Part shown: positions 20,049-29,446 of the stretch, in pieces
Layout: the number at the start of each line of letters is the position of its first letter
Position numbering within the stretch: the stretch's first letter is position 1
Program-made: the position numbers and the translations under genes
Source of the DNA: an uncultured Rickettsiales bacterium
Lineage (GTDB): Bacteria; Pseudomonadota; Alphaproteobacteria; Rickettsiales; SXRF01
Assembly (NCBI GenBank): GCA_964518725.1
Contig: CAZFKP010000009.1
Location: 11,435 to 75,434 of the forward strand
DNA length: 64,000 bases
Direction: 5' to 3'
Notes under the pieces: generated by a model
What the model was told of the DNA's origin: nothing
The model's database searches: none
The model's input: the letters and a program-made list of their open reading frames with translations, nothing else

Positions 20049-20630
20049 ATGAACAAATTTCTATCTGTTACCCTTCTCCTGATGCTGGTTATTACCGGGA
20101 TTTCCCTGCTTGCGACCCGCGAAAGCACTCCTTCACTGCCAGCAGATTCGGCGAGCGGGAAAGCGTCGATTGGCGGCGCATTCACTCTCATCGACCGAAA
20201 TGGGAACAGCATCAGCGATTCAGAATTCCGTGGCAAAATCATGATGGTATTTTTCGGCTTTACCCACTGCCCGGACGTTTGCCCGCTTACCCTCGCCACC
20301 TACACCAGCACGCTCGAACTGCTGGGCGACAAGGCCTCACTGGTGGCACCGGTTTTCATCACGATTGACCCAGCGCGTGATACGCCGGAACGCCTTAAGG
20401 AATTCCTTGCCAACTTTGACCCTCGTATTATCGGCCTGACCGGAACCGAAGCGCAAATCAAGGATGTGGCAGCGCTCTACAAAACCTATTATTCCGAAGA
20501 GCAAGGCGGCATGATGAATCACTCGGCGCTGATTTATATCATGGGTAAAGACGGTGCCTACATTGAGCATTTCCCGCACACAATCGCGCCAGAGAAACTT
20601 ACCAAGGCGTTGCTGGAGGTAGTGCCCTAA
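20049..20630 (+). CDS. SCO1/SenC family copper chaperone / thiol-disulfide oxidoreductase
   Basis: N-terminal TM anchor, FFGFTHCPDVCP (CxxxC), FITIDPARDTPE and the distal His in MNHSALIYIMGKDG. Confidence 0.9.
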   Translation: MNKFLSVTLLLMLVITGISLLATRESTPSLPADSASGKASIGGAFTLIDRNGNSISDSEFRGKIMMVFFGFTHCPDVCPLTLATYTSTLELLGDKASLVAPVFITIDPARDTPERLKEFLANFDPRIIGLTGTEAQIKDVAALYKTYYSEEQGGMMNHSALIYIMGKDGAYIEHFPHTIAPEKLTKALLEVVP

Positions 20631-21283
20631 TGTCATTACAAACCTCCGTCGAACTGAATCGCCGCGGCCTGATGTTCATCCTCTCCTCGCCGTCGGGAGC
20701 CGGGAAAACCTCGCTTTCACGCGCGCTCATGGATACATACAAAGACGCACCACCACACGAATCCATCCATATGTCGGTATCGGTGACCACACGCAAACCA
20801 CGGCCCGGCGAAATGCACGGGCGGGATTATTTTTTCGTGAGCCACGAGGATTTCCTGAATATGGCAAGCGGCGGCGAACTGCTCGAACATGCCAAAGTAT
20901 TTGATTATCACTATGGCACCCCGGCAAGCTTCGTACGCAACCACATTGAAAACGGCACCGACGTGCTGTTCGACATTGACTGGCAGGGCACGCGGCAACT
21001 GGCGGAGAAGGCACGCAGCGAAGTGGTGAGCGTATTCATCCTGCCGCCATCGATGAAGGAGCTGGAGCGCCGCTTGCGCGCCCGCGCGCAGGACAGCGAC
21101 TCAGTGGTGGCAAGCCGGATGGGCAAAGCCGCCGCCGAGATCAGCCATTGGAGTGAATATGATTATGTGCTGGTCAACCACGATTTCGACCAGACGCTTG
21201 CCAAGATCAACGATATTCTAAAAGCCGAACGATTGAAACGTAGCCGCCAACTAGGGCTTGCCGACTTTATCGCGCAGCTCTAA
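20630..21283 (+). CDS. gmk: guanylate kinase
   Basis: P-loop SSPSGAGKTS, SVTTRKPRPGE and YHYGT. Confidence 0.92.
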   Translation: MSLQTSVELNRRGLMFILSSPSGAGKTSLSRALMDTYKDAPPHESIHMSVSVTTRKPRPGEMHGRDYFFVSHEDFLNMASGGELLEHAKVFDYHYGTPASFVRNHIENGTDVLFDIDWQGTRQLAEKARSEVVSVFILPPSMKELERRLRARAQDSDSVVASRMGKAAAEISHWSEYDYVLVNHDFDQTLAKINDILKAERLKRSRQLGLADFIAQL

Positions 21284-22111
21284 CGCCTGCGCCATCCGAC
21301 CGAATCCGGCCACATCCACCTGCTCGGCACGCAACGTCGGGTCGATCCCGGATGCCACAAACATTCCATCCAGATCGTCCGTGAGCCCCTTGAGCGCCGA
21401 ACGCAGCATCTTCCGTCGCTGGTTGAACGCCTTGGCGAGCAGCTTTTCAAGCGTTTCTTTTTTTACCGCAAAAAGCGGTGCCTGACGCGGCGTCAGTGTC
21501 ACCACCGCCGACGACACTTTCGGTGGCGGCGAAAAAGCGCCGGGAGGAAGCTCCATGTCATAACGAATCTCACACAGCCATTGGGCGAATACGCTCAGGC
21601 GCCCATATTCCTTGCTGCCATGCGCCGCCGTGATGCGCTCGGCCACCTCTTTCTGGAACATGAGCGTCATCGAAGCGTAGGCACCCGGATCAACAGCGAT
21701 ATCTTCCAGCCAGCCGATCAATAATTCAGTGCCAACATTGTACGGCAGGTTGGCAACGATTTTTCGCGGCGCGGGATAGTTCAGTAAATCATGCTTCAGC
21801 GCGTCGTCGCGGGCGATGAGGAGCCTATCACCGACCAGAAATTCTAACTGGCGAAGAATGGGCAAGCAGCGCTCATCTTTTTCAACCACCACCACTTGCC
21901 GCGCATCCGACTCCAGCAACGCACGGGTGAGTCCGCCAGGTCCCGGGCCAACCTCAATGACCGTATGACCGTCCAACGCGCCGGCATACGAAGTAATCCG
22001 GCGAACGATGTTGCCATCCAGCAGGAAATGCTGGCCGAGAGCCTTGCGCGTTGACAAGCCAAAGGCATCAATCGTGGCTTTTAAGGTTGGAAGTTCCGAG
22101 AGCACACTCAT
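21251..22111 (-). CDS. rsmA: 16S rRNA (adenine1518/1519-N6)-dimethyltransferase
   Basis: KALGQHFL, VIEVGPGPGGLT and ANLPYNVGT. Overlaps the gmk 3' end by 33 nt. Confidence 0.93.
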   Translation of the reverse strand: MSVLSELPTLKATIDAFGLSTRKALGQHFLLDGNIVRRITSYAGALDGHTVIEVGPGPGGLTRALLESDARQVVVVEKDERCLPILRQLEFLVGDRLLIARDDALKHDLLNYPAPRKIVANLPYNVGTELLIGWLEDIAVDPGAYASMTLMFQKEVAERITAAHGSKEYGRLSVFAQWLCEIRYDMELPPGAFSPPPKVSSAVVTLTPRQAPLFAVKKETLEKLLAKAFNQRRKMLRSALKGLTDDLDGMFVASGIDPTLRAEQVDVAGFGRMAQALELRDKVGKP

Positions 22112-23196
22112 TTCTTTTTCTGCGGTTTTTCTTCGGCTGCCGGGAAGCTTGATCCTCGCATGCCCGGACCACAGAGAAATTTCTTGCGAATATCGAGCGT
22201 CGATTCCTTGCCGAGGTGTTTTTTATTTTCTTTAAGCCACTGTTCAGCCGAGTGGCGACCAATGTCCCGCAACCGCTCGAAAAACGCCCAATCTGTATTC
22301 ATCTTGCTGGAAGCATTCAAATCCTGCATTTCATCGTGGGCATAGACCAGATGCATCCGCATGTCCTTGTAACGCTCCTTCCTTACCTTCTCGTCCTTAA
22401 TCAGGCGGGAGACGAAATCGATGGCGCGCATTTCGGCAATCAGGCTTGAATTAAACGTTATCTCATTCAGTCGGTTAATAATTTCCGGCGCCGTGCGTGG
22501 CAGTTCCGGATTATGAATCGGGTTAATTTGCACCAGGATCACATCCTCCGAATCGCTGTGGTAAATCAACGGCCAGATAGCGGGATTGCCCATATAGCCG
22601 CCATCCCAGTAATACTCACCGTCAACCTCGACCGCCTGGAAAATGAACGGGATGCACGACGAGGCAAGCAACACCGACGCAGTAACCTCCTTACTGTCAA
22701 ACACACGCGCCTGACCGCTGGCCACATGGGTGGCGGTGACAAACAGCTTGATGTGTGAATTCTTTTTGAACAGCTCAATATCCAGCAATTCGTTGAGAAC
22801 GTCGGCCAGCGGGTTGATGTTGAGCGGGTTCAGTTCGTAGGGTGACAGCACCCGGCTCATCATGTCAAACCAGTGGTATGCCACCGAAGAATCCATGTTC
22901 CAGCCAGTCAGCATACGCTCCAGCGGCGATTTGTTCAGGGGCGAAAAAGCCGAGATATCGCTCACTTTTTTCCAGAATGTGTGCAGCAAATCCTTCGCGC
23001 CGTCGCGGCCACCCTTGGCATACCCATTCACCAGCACGGCAGCATTCATGGCGCCAGCGCTCGTACCGCTGATGGCCGCGACTTCAACATCCTCTTCTTC
23101 GAGAAAACGGTCGAGCACGCCCCAGCTATAGGCACCGTGCGCGCCGCCACCCTGTAGGGCGAAGTTGATGGAGTAGCTTGCGGTTTTTCCAGCCAT
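22108..23196 (-). CDS. patatin-like phospholipase
   Basis: Oxyanion GGGAHGAY, nucleophile elbow GTSAGA, and a DGG(Y) Asp motif (YWDGGYMGN). The start codon abuts the bdhA stop. Confidence 0.88.
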   Translation of the reverse strand: MAGKTASYSINFALQGGGAHGAYSWGVLDRFLEEEDVEVAAISGTSAGAMNAAVLVNGYAKGGRDGAKDLLHTFWKKVSDISAFSPLNKSPLERMLTGWNMDSSVAYHWFDMMSRVLSPYELNPLNINPLADVLNELLDIELFKKNSHIKLFVTATHVASGQARVFDSKEVTASVLLASSCIPFIFQAVEVDGEYYWDGGYMGNPAIWPLIYHSDSEDVILVQINPIHNPELPRTAPEIINRLNEITFNSSLIAEMRAIDFVSRLIKDEKVRKERYKDMRMHLVYAHDEMQDLNASSKMNTDWAFFERLRDIGRHSAEQWLKENKKHLGKESTLDIRKKFLCGPGMRGSSFPAAEEKPQKKK

Positions 23197-23979
23197 CTAC
23201 TGTGCTGTCCAGCCACCATCCATGGTGATGATTTCGCCGGTCATGGCAGCACCGTGGTCGCCGCAAAGGAACACGATCATCGCCCCGATATTTTCAGCAT
23301 GGATGAACTTTTTGTTGGGCTGTTTTTCGCCGAGCAGGCGATCACTCGCCTCCTGCTCGCTGACACCTTCAGCCTTGGCCTTGTCGACGATCTGTTTCTG
23401 CACCAGCGGCGTATGCACCCAGCCGGGACAAATCGCGTTGCAGGTGATGTTTGCTTCCGCATTTTCAAGCGCAATTACTTTGGTCAGGCCGACGATGCCG
23501 TGTTTGGCAGCAACGTACGCCGCCTTGTTTTTGCTTGCCACCAGACCGTGCACCGAAGCGATGTTGATAATGCGGCCGAACTTGTTTTTTTGCATGGAAG
23601 GCAAAGCCGCTTTCACCGCGTGGAATGCCGACGAAAGATTGATGGCAATAATGGCATCCCATTTATCGTCAGGGAACTCCGTGACGGAAGCCGTGTGCTG
23701 GATGCCGGCATTGTTGACCAGTATATCAACGCTGCCGAACGTTTTCTCGCACTGCGCCACCATACCGGCGATCTGGTCGGGCTTGCTCATATCGGCCGGG
23801 GAATAATCTACCCTGACGCCGAATTGTCGTTTGATGTCGGCAATTTCGGCATCAATCGCCGCCCTGTCGCCAAAACCGTTCAGCATGATATTGCATCCTG
23901 CTTTTGCAAACGCATAGGCAATCGCCATGCCGATACCGCTGGTCGAACCGGTAATAATCGCATTCTTCTTGGTCAGCAT
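23197..23979 (-). CDS. bdhA: 3-hydroxybutyrate dehydrogenase (SDR)
   Basis: TGSTSGIG, NNAGIQH, YVAAKHG and the PGWVHTPLV pattern of BdhA-type SDRs. ATG at 23979 is preferred over the track start at 24000. Confidence 0.85.
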   Translation of the reverse strand: MLTKKNAIITGSTSGIGMAIAYAFAKAGCNIMLNGFGDRAAIDAEIADIKRQFGVRVDYSPADMSKPDQIAGMVAQCEKTFGSVDILVNNAGIQHTASVTEFPDDKWDAIIAINLSSAFHAVKAALPSMQKNKFGRIINIASVHGLVASKNKAAYVAAKHGIVGLTKVIALENAEANITCNAICPGWVHTPLVQKQIVDKAKAEGVSEQEASDRLLGEKQPNKKFIHAENIGAMIVFLCGDHGAAMTGEIITMDGGWTAQ

Positions 23980-24002
23980 CGTTGTTCCTCCTGTTGCCAC
24001 TG

Positions 24003-25403
24003 TTATAGCGTAACGTTTGGAAACCGCAACGTTACCGTAAGGCCGGGATGATTATCGGATAGTGCGATATCCGCCCTGTGGATGCGGGCGATGGCGGCGA
24101 CGAGGCTCAGCCCCAACCCGTTGCCCTTGGCGCTGCGGCTTTCCTCAATGCGGAAAAATTTTTCAAACACCTTGTCGTGGTACATTTCGGGAATACCGGG
24201 GCCGCTGTCGGCAATACTTACCTCCACGACAGAGCCGCGCATTTCGGTTGCCACATGGATGCGCCCCTGTTCGGGAGTGAATTTAATGGCATTGTCGATC
24301 AGGTTCGCGAAAGCCTGCGTAAGCAGGTGGCGCTCGCCGCGCACCACCAGCTTCTCATCAATCAACGTCGTCAAGGAAATATGCTTCTCACTGGCAATCG
24401 GCTCATAGAATTCCACCAGGTCGCCCAGCACGTCGCGTAAATTCACCTCGGCAAATTGTTGTAGTTCCGTGCTGGCTTCCAGCTCGGAAATTTTCAGGAT
24501 GGAATTGAACGTAGCCACCAGACCTTCCATGTCCTGAATGTTTTTCTCAAGCAGCTCACGCGCCGGGTTATCCGGCTCAATGCGGCGTAGCCCGGCGTCC
24601 AGCCGCGTGATGATGCGCGAAAGCGGTGAGCGCAAATCGTGGGCGATGTTGTTGGCAAACAGGCTGATTGATTGCAACAGTATCTCGATTTTATCAAGCA
24701 TCCTATTCAGGTTGGAAGACAGCTCGTCAAACTCATCACCACCCGTCGTGTAGGGAATACGCGTGGAAAGATTGCCGGTCATGATGGTATGGGCGGAGCG
24801 ATTGATGACGTTGATGCGGCGCATGACGCTTCCGGTCATGATGAAGGCGCCAAGAAACGCCATCAGCAGCGTGATGACAAGGCTCGCAAGAAATGTCTGG
24901 GCAATAGTTTGCTCGATGCGGTCAAGCTCCTGCGTCGTGCGCCCAACCAGCAGGTAGCGCCATTTTGAAAGCGGAATGACGAGCGCCTTCACCTCGATGT
25001 TGTTCGGCTGGTTACGCATGCTTTCAATGTGGAAAATAATCCATTCGCCGGTTTTATTGAAACGCGCCTGCACCACGGCATCTACCGGCCAAGTATTCAG
25101 GTTGCCGCCGAGTTTTTCAAACTCCTTATTGACCAGCAGGTAGATTTCCTTGCCCTCATCATCCTCAGCGATGAGCTGGCGGATGCGCTCTTCCACGCCC
25201 GACGACCCATCATCGCGGTAAGCGTTCAGCAGGTAGGAATATTGCATTTTGATCGATTCATTCACCTGATCCTGCATGTAGGTGCGGGCGAATGTATAAA
25301 TAAACCCGAAGAGTAAAATCACCGACAGGCTGAACAGCCCGACATAGACAAGGCCAAAGCGAAACGTAAAGGTGTGAAACGTACGTGAGAGGCGGGAGTT
25401 CAT
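24003..25403 (-). CDS. sensor histidine kinase (2 TM, periplasmic loop, HAMP, HisKA, HATPase)
   Basis: H-box NNIAHDLRSPLSRI, N-box NLIDNAIKFT, G-boxes ADSGPGI and GNGLGLSLV. Confidence 0.9.
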   Translation of the reverse strand: MNSRLSRTFHTFTFRFGLVYVGLFSLSVILLFGFIYTFARTYMQDQVNESIKMQYSYLLNAYRDDGSSGVEERIRQLIAEDDEGKEIYLLVNKEFEKLGGNLNTWPVDAVVQARFNKTGEWIIFHIESMRNQPNNIEVKALVIPLSKWRYLLVGRTTQELDRIEQTIAQTFLASLVITLLMAFLGAFIMTGSVMRRINVINRSAHTIMTGNLSTRIPYTTGGDEFDELSSNLNRMLDKIEILLQSISLFANNIAHDLRSPLSRIITRLDAGLRRIEPDNPARELLEKNIQDMEGLVATFNSILKISELEASTELQQFAEVNLRDVLGDLVEFYEPIASEKHISLTTLIDEKLVVRGERHLLTQAFANLIDNAIKFTPEQGRIHVATEMRGSVVEVSIADSGPGIPEMYHDKVFEKFFRIEESRSAKGNGLGLSLVAAIARIHRADIALSDNHPGLTVTLRFPNVTL

Positions 25404-25421
25404 GAGGGATCCCCGCTCCGC

Positions 25422-26093
25422 CTAGGCCGAAAGCTTGTAGCCCGCGCCACGCAGCGTCTGGATCAGGCTCTTATCGAATCCTTTGTCGATTTTCTGGCGC
25501 AGGCGGCTGATGTGCACGTCGATGACGTTAGTCTGTGGATCAAAATTATAATCCCACACATGCTCAAGCAGCATCGTGCGTGTCACCACCTGCCCGGAGT
25601 TCCGTAACAAATATTCGAGCAACGAAAATTCGCGCGCTTGTAAATCAATATCCTTGCCACCACGCGTGACAGTGCGGGTAAGCAAATCCATTTCCAGGTC
25701 ACCGCAGGTGAGCCTGGTCTGGGTTTTCTCGCCGCTTTTGCGCCGCGTAATGGTTTCCAGCCGCGCCAACAGCTCTGTGAACGAATACGGCTTGGCGAGA
25801 TAATCATCGGCACCAGCCTTCAGGCCTTTGACTTTCTCATCCACCTTATCGAGCGCCGTCAACAGAATGATCGGCGTTTCATTACCCGACGCCCGCAATG
25901 TCTGCACGATGGTAAGCCCATCCACTTCCGGAATCATGCGGTCTACGATCATCGCATCGTATTTCTCCGTGGTCGCCATGAATAAGCCGTCCTTGCCCTG
26001 TTCGGCATGGTCGAGGACATGCCCCTGCTCACGCAGACCCTTCAGCAAATATTTCGCCGCCTCGGCATCATCTTCAATCAGAAGTATTTTCAT
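25422..26093 (-). CDS. OmpR/PhoB-family response regulator
   Basis: Receiver domain (MKILLIEDD, IVDRMIPEVDG, LTALD...K) plus a winged-helix output domain (LTxxEFSLLEYLLRN...VDVHISRLRQKI). Confidence 0.92.
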   Translation of the reverse strand: MKILLIEDDAEAAKYLLKGLREQGHVLDHAEQGKDGLFMATTEKYDAMIVDRMIPEVDGLTIVQTLRASGNETPIILLTALDKVDEKVKGLKAGADDYLAKPYSFTELLARLETITRRKSGEKTQTRLTCGDLEMDLLTRTVTRGGKDIDLQAREFSLLEYLLRNSGQVVTRTMLLEHVWDYNFDPQTNVIDVHISRLRQKIDKGFDKSLIQTLRGAGYKLSA

Positions 26094-26134
26094 GGGCGGA
26101 GTCTAGCACCACCGTGCCGGAGCGTCAAATTGCC

Positions 26135-26971
26135 TTATCGCCCACGCCCCTGACCGCTGGTACGCAAGGTAAACTCAACAAATTGCCCGACCAAGTTCAT
26201 CCCCTTGGCGGCCATTTTTTGGAGCATTTCCTTGGCGCTCTCATAAATGGCAAGCTGGCTGGTGGCGTAGTTGTGGTGCGACAGATCAATGGTTTTCAAC
26301 TCCCGATCCTTACGCTGCTGCTCGCCTTGCAGCCGGGCGATTAAGCCATTCAGCGCCGACACTCCCTTGCCCTTGACTTTCGGCAGCGCGGCCATGATCT
26401 CCTGCCGGATGTTTGGGTCTTCAAGATGCATGGCAAGCGCGGCAATCTGCTCCTGCGACAACGAGCCGCGCAAGGCGGTGATGATCTGGTTGATGAGGGT
26501 CACATCTTCGTTGATTGCTTCGCTGCGCCCATAATAATCATTGTCAGCGGTTTCTTTAAGTAAGGCAGAAAACAACACGCCATATTGTTTATATAATTCA
26601 CCCAGGCGCTCCTTGACGTCGCGTGGCATGCGGCGAACGCTCACCAACCCCGGAGCGCTGGCAACCAGCGCCGTCGATGGCGAAAGGGTGCTGCCATCAT
26701 GGGTGATGGAGGCCAGCGGCATGCCCGCGAGGTAGTGCAGGCAGCGCACATCGTAAGAAAGCTGTTCGATGGCGAGGCGTTTTTCCATGGCCGTCGTTTT
26801 CTGCAGCGTTGTGTGGGCGCGGATGGCATCATGGAAATAATCGATGCGCGGGCGCATGTCGCCCTTGCCCACCAGCAAGGCATACTCCTGCTCGATGCTG
26901 CTGATTTCTTCCCAGTACCGCAGCAGGATGTTAACGAGTGCCTGCTGGTCGTGTTGTTTGAATGTGGCCAT
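26135..26971 (-). CDS. hypothetical soluble helical protein (278 aa)
   Basis: ORF on the same strand, 41 nt upstream of the response regulator. No signal peptide, TM helix or recognisable motif. Confidence 0.5.
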   Translation of the reverse strand: MATFKQHDQQALVNILLRYWEEISSIEQEYALLVGKGDMRPRIDYFHDAIRAHTTLQKTTAMEKRLAIEQLSYDVRCLHYLAGMPLASITHDGSTLSPSTALVASAPGLVSVRRMPRDVKERLGELYKQYGVLFSALLKETADNDYYGRSEAINEDVTLINQIITALRGSLSQEQIAALAMHLEDPNIRQEIMAALPKVKGKGVSALNGLIARLQGEQQRKDRELKTIDLSHHNYATSQLAIYESAKEMLQKMAAKGMNLVGQFVEFTLRTSGQGRGR

Positions 26972-27043
26972 GGTTTTGTGGATCGTTGATTGCAGCCAGA
27001 ATAAACTAATGACGGATAACGTACAACCAACTACTCATACCCC

Positions 27044-28180
27044 ATGACTCTTGATCCGCTGGCCGTCTATATCCATTGGCCGTTTTGTAAGGCCAAATGC
27101 CCCTACTGCGACTTCAACAGCCACGTGCGCGACGCGGTGGACGGTGCGGCGTGGAAGGCGGCACTCCTGGCCGAGCTTCGCCACATGCGCCAACTGGCCA
27201 AGCATCACCGGGTCGTCAGTATTTTTTTCGGCGGCGGCACCCCATCGCTCATGCCACCGGAGATCGCCGACGCCGCTATCCGCACCGTCCGGGAATTATG
27301 GCCGTGCGAGGATAATCTTGAAATCACGCTCGAAACTAATCCGACGTCGGTAGAGGCACACACTTTCCCGGCCTTCCGAAACGCAGGGGTCAACCGCCTA
27401 TCGATCGGCGTGCAATCGCTACGCTCCGAGGCGCTTGCCTTCCTCGGCCGCGAGCATTCGGCGGATGAAGCCTTGCAGGCACTGGCGCTGGCGCGACAAC
27501 ATTTCGAGCGCTATTCCTTCGACCTCATCTATGCCCGCCCCGGCCAGACGCTGGAAGCATGGCGCGAGGAACTGGAACAGGCACTGGAACTCACCGGCGG
27601 ACATATCTCGCTTTACCAACTCACCATCGAAGAAAATACCGCCTTCCACACCGCTTTTCACAAGGGTGCATTCACCTTGCCGGACGAAGAAACCGCTGCT
27701 GCCCTGTATGAACTAACCGGACGCATGACAAAAGCGCATGGCATGCACGCTTACGAAGTTTCCAACTACGCCGCACCGGGGCAAGAAAGCCTCCATAACC
27801 TTGCTTACTGGCAGGGGCTTGACTATGTCGGTATCGGTCCGGGCGCACATGGGCGCATCACTCGCAATGGCACACGCCATGCCACCCTTACCCTCAAAAG
27901 CCCGGAGCGCTGGCTGGCTTCGGTACAAGCGCACGGACACGGGCTGGAAGCAACACAGGAAATGACCCGTCGCATGGTGGCAGAAGAGCGGTTGATGATG
28001 GGGTTACGCATCACCGCCGGGCTCACGCTCGCGGAAGTCGAAGAATTTATTGATCCGAAAAAACACGCGCTGGCAGTCACCGAAGGGCTGCTGGAAAATC
28101 ACCCAACTCACCTGATTCCAACGGCCAAAGGCCGGCTGGTGTTGACCGCGCTTACTGCCCTGGTTCTAAAAACGTCTTAG
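27044..28180 (+). CDS. hemW: radical SAM heme chaperone HemW (HemN-like, oxygen-independent coproporphyrinogen oxidase family)
   Basis: YIHWPFCKAKCPYCDF (CxxxCxxC), GGGTPS and a HemN C-terminal domain. Confidence 0.88.
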   Translation: MTLDPLAVYIHWPFCKAKCPYCDFNSHVRDAVDGAAWKAALLAELRHMRQLAKHHRVVSIFFGGGTPSLMPPEIADAAIRTVRELWPCEDNLEITLETNPTSVEAHTFPAFRNAGVNRLSIGVQSLRSEALAFLGREHSADEALQALALARQHFERYSFDLIYARPGQTLEAWREELEQALELTGGHISLYQLTIEENTAFHTAFHKGAFTLPDEETAAALYELTGRMTKAHGMHAYEVSNYAAPGQESLHNLAYWQGLDYVGIGPGAHGRITRNGTRHATLTLKSPERWLASVQAHGHGLEATQEMTRRMVAEERLMMGLRITAGLTLAEVEEFIDPKKHALAVTEGLLENHPTHLIPTAKGRLVLTALTALVLKTS

Positions 28181-29396
28181 ACGATGGCTCGACCACCTTA
28201 AAACCAGTCGGCGTCACCTGCAAAATGGCAAGCTTGCGCTCCGACGTGCCGTCCGGCAGCAGGCGATATAGGCCGTTGGCCGGTGCATGATAGCCCTCCT
28301 TCAGCGGAATCTTCGAAGCGTCAATACGGTCGGCCGGGCTATTCATCGACAAGCGGGCAAGAAGTGAGACCGCATCGTAGCACAGGCTGGCCAGCCTGTG
28401 CGGGTGGTAGCCATACATCGCCTGGAAGCGGCGTTCGAATTTCTCAAACGATTCGGGGGGTGTGCCAGGGAAGATCGCGCCTTCGAGTTCGGGGATTTTT
28501 GTCAGCTCAGGATCATCCCATAAGCCCGCACCAAGCAACTTGATCTTGCTCAGGTCAAGGCTTGATTTATTCAGCGACTTGACAATATTTTTCATTGAAA
28601 ACCCGCTATCCGCAATAAAAATTGCCTGGAACTTCCGGTCTTCCGCCGTGTTCTCAAATGCTGCGACAAGGCGTGCGACAGCCGCCTCGATGTTCAGTTC
28701 GCTGGGCGCGTAAAGTTCCGCTGGCGAGACAAAGCCACCTTTTTGCGAATAGCTGGAAGACAGCTCGTCGCGCACTTTCTGGCCATAGGCATCGTTCGGC
28801 GCCAATAGCGCGACACGCTGGTAGCCATGTAAATAGGCATATTCTGCGATGCGGGCGATTTGCTGCTCCGGCAGATACCCATAGGTATAGATGTTCGGTT
28901 CAGCTACCACACGATTGTTGGAAAAGCTGATGACCGGAATATGTTTGGCTTTCACAATGGGCTTCATCGCCATCACCGCCTGACCAAACAGCGGGCCGAC
29001 AATGAACGTCACCCCCTGGTCGATCAACTCCTGCGCGGCGGCGGCAGCGGAATTCGCCGAATTGCCGGTATCCTTCGGAATCAAGATGATCTGGGACTTG
29101 ATACGACTCGCCGGCACCGACATATACTCATCGGAAAGCGCAAGGGTGGCAGCATCGAGCATGGCATTGCCGAGCGCCGTGGCATCACCCGACAGCGGCA
29201 GCAAAATGCCCACCTTGATCGGTGTTGCGTTCTCCGGGATCATGCCAATGGCGTCCGCGCTGCTCTTGGTATCTTCGCGCATCAATGGCACCGCAGGAGA
29301 ACGCGCCGCACTGTTGGCAGACGCATGGTCAGCCGACGGCTCGGAACAGGCCGACAACAACAGCAAAACAGCGGCAAGTGGGAAAAGCGGGCTCAT
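28152..29396 (-). CDS. lipoprotein with type-1 periplasmic binding fold (penicillin-binding protein activator LpoA-like)
   Basis: ATG at 29396 gives a lipobox (LLLLSAC) followed by a LivK-like PBP1 fold. Divergent from rsmI-yraN, the position lpoA occupies in E. coli. The track ORF is 5'-extended. Confidence 0.6.
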   Translation of the reverse strand: MSPLFPLAAVLLLLSACSEPSADHASANSAARSPAVPLMREDTKSSADAIGMIPENATPIKVGILLPLSGDATALGNAMLDAATLALSDEYMSVPASRIKSQIILIPKDTGNSANSAAAAAQELIDQGVTFIVGPLFGQAVMAMKPIVKAKHIPVISFSNNRVVAEPNIYTYGYLPEQQIARIAEYAYLHGYQRVALLAPNDAYGQKVRDELSSSYSQKGGFVSPAELYAPSELNIEAAVARLVAAFENTAEDRKFQAIFIADSGFSMKNIVKSLNKSSLDLSKIKLLGAGLWDDPELTKIPELEGAIFPGTPPESFEKFERRFQAMYGYHPHRLASLCYDAVSLLARLSMNSPADRIDASKIPLKEGYHAPANGLYRLLPDGTSERKLAILQVTPTGFKVVEPSSKTFLEPGQ

Positions 29397-29446
29397 CGTG
29401 GCGTCATCCTGTTGCAGTTTGTGCGATGCTGCGTTACGGTCGCGGC

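Noticed and set aside
22108-23196. Patatin phospholipase as a CBASS (CapV-like) or other defence effector
   Set aside because: No cyclic-oligonucleotide synthase, CD-NTase, E1/E2/JAB or other defence partner is adjacent. It is coupled to bdhA and flanked by housekeeping genes, which fits the metabolic bdhA-patD type pair instead.
23254-24051. 265-aa plus-strand ORF
   Set aside because: Antisense to bdhA. Shadow ORF.
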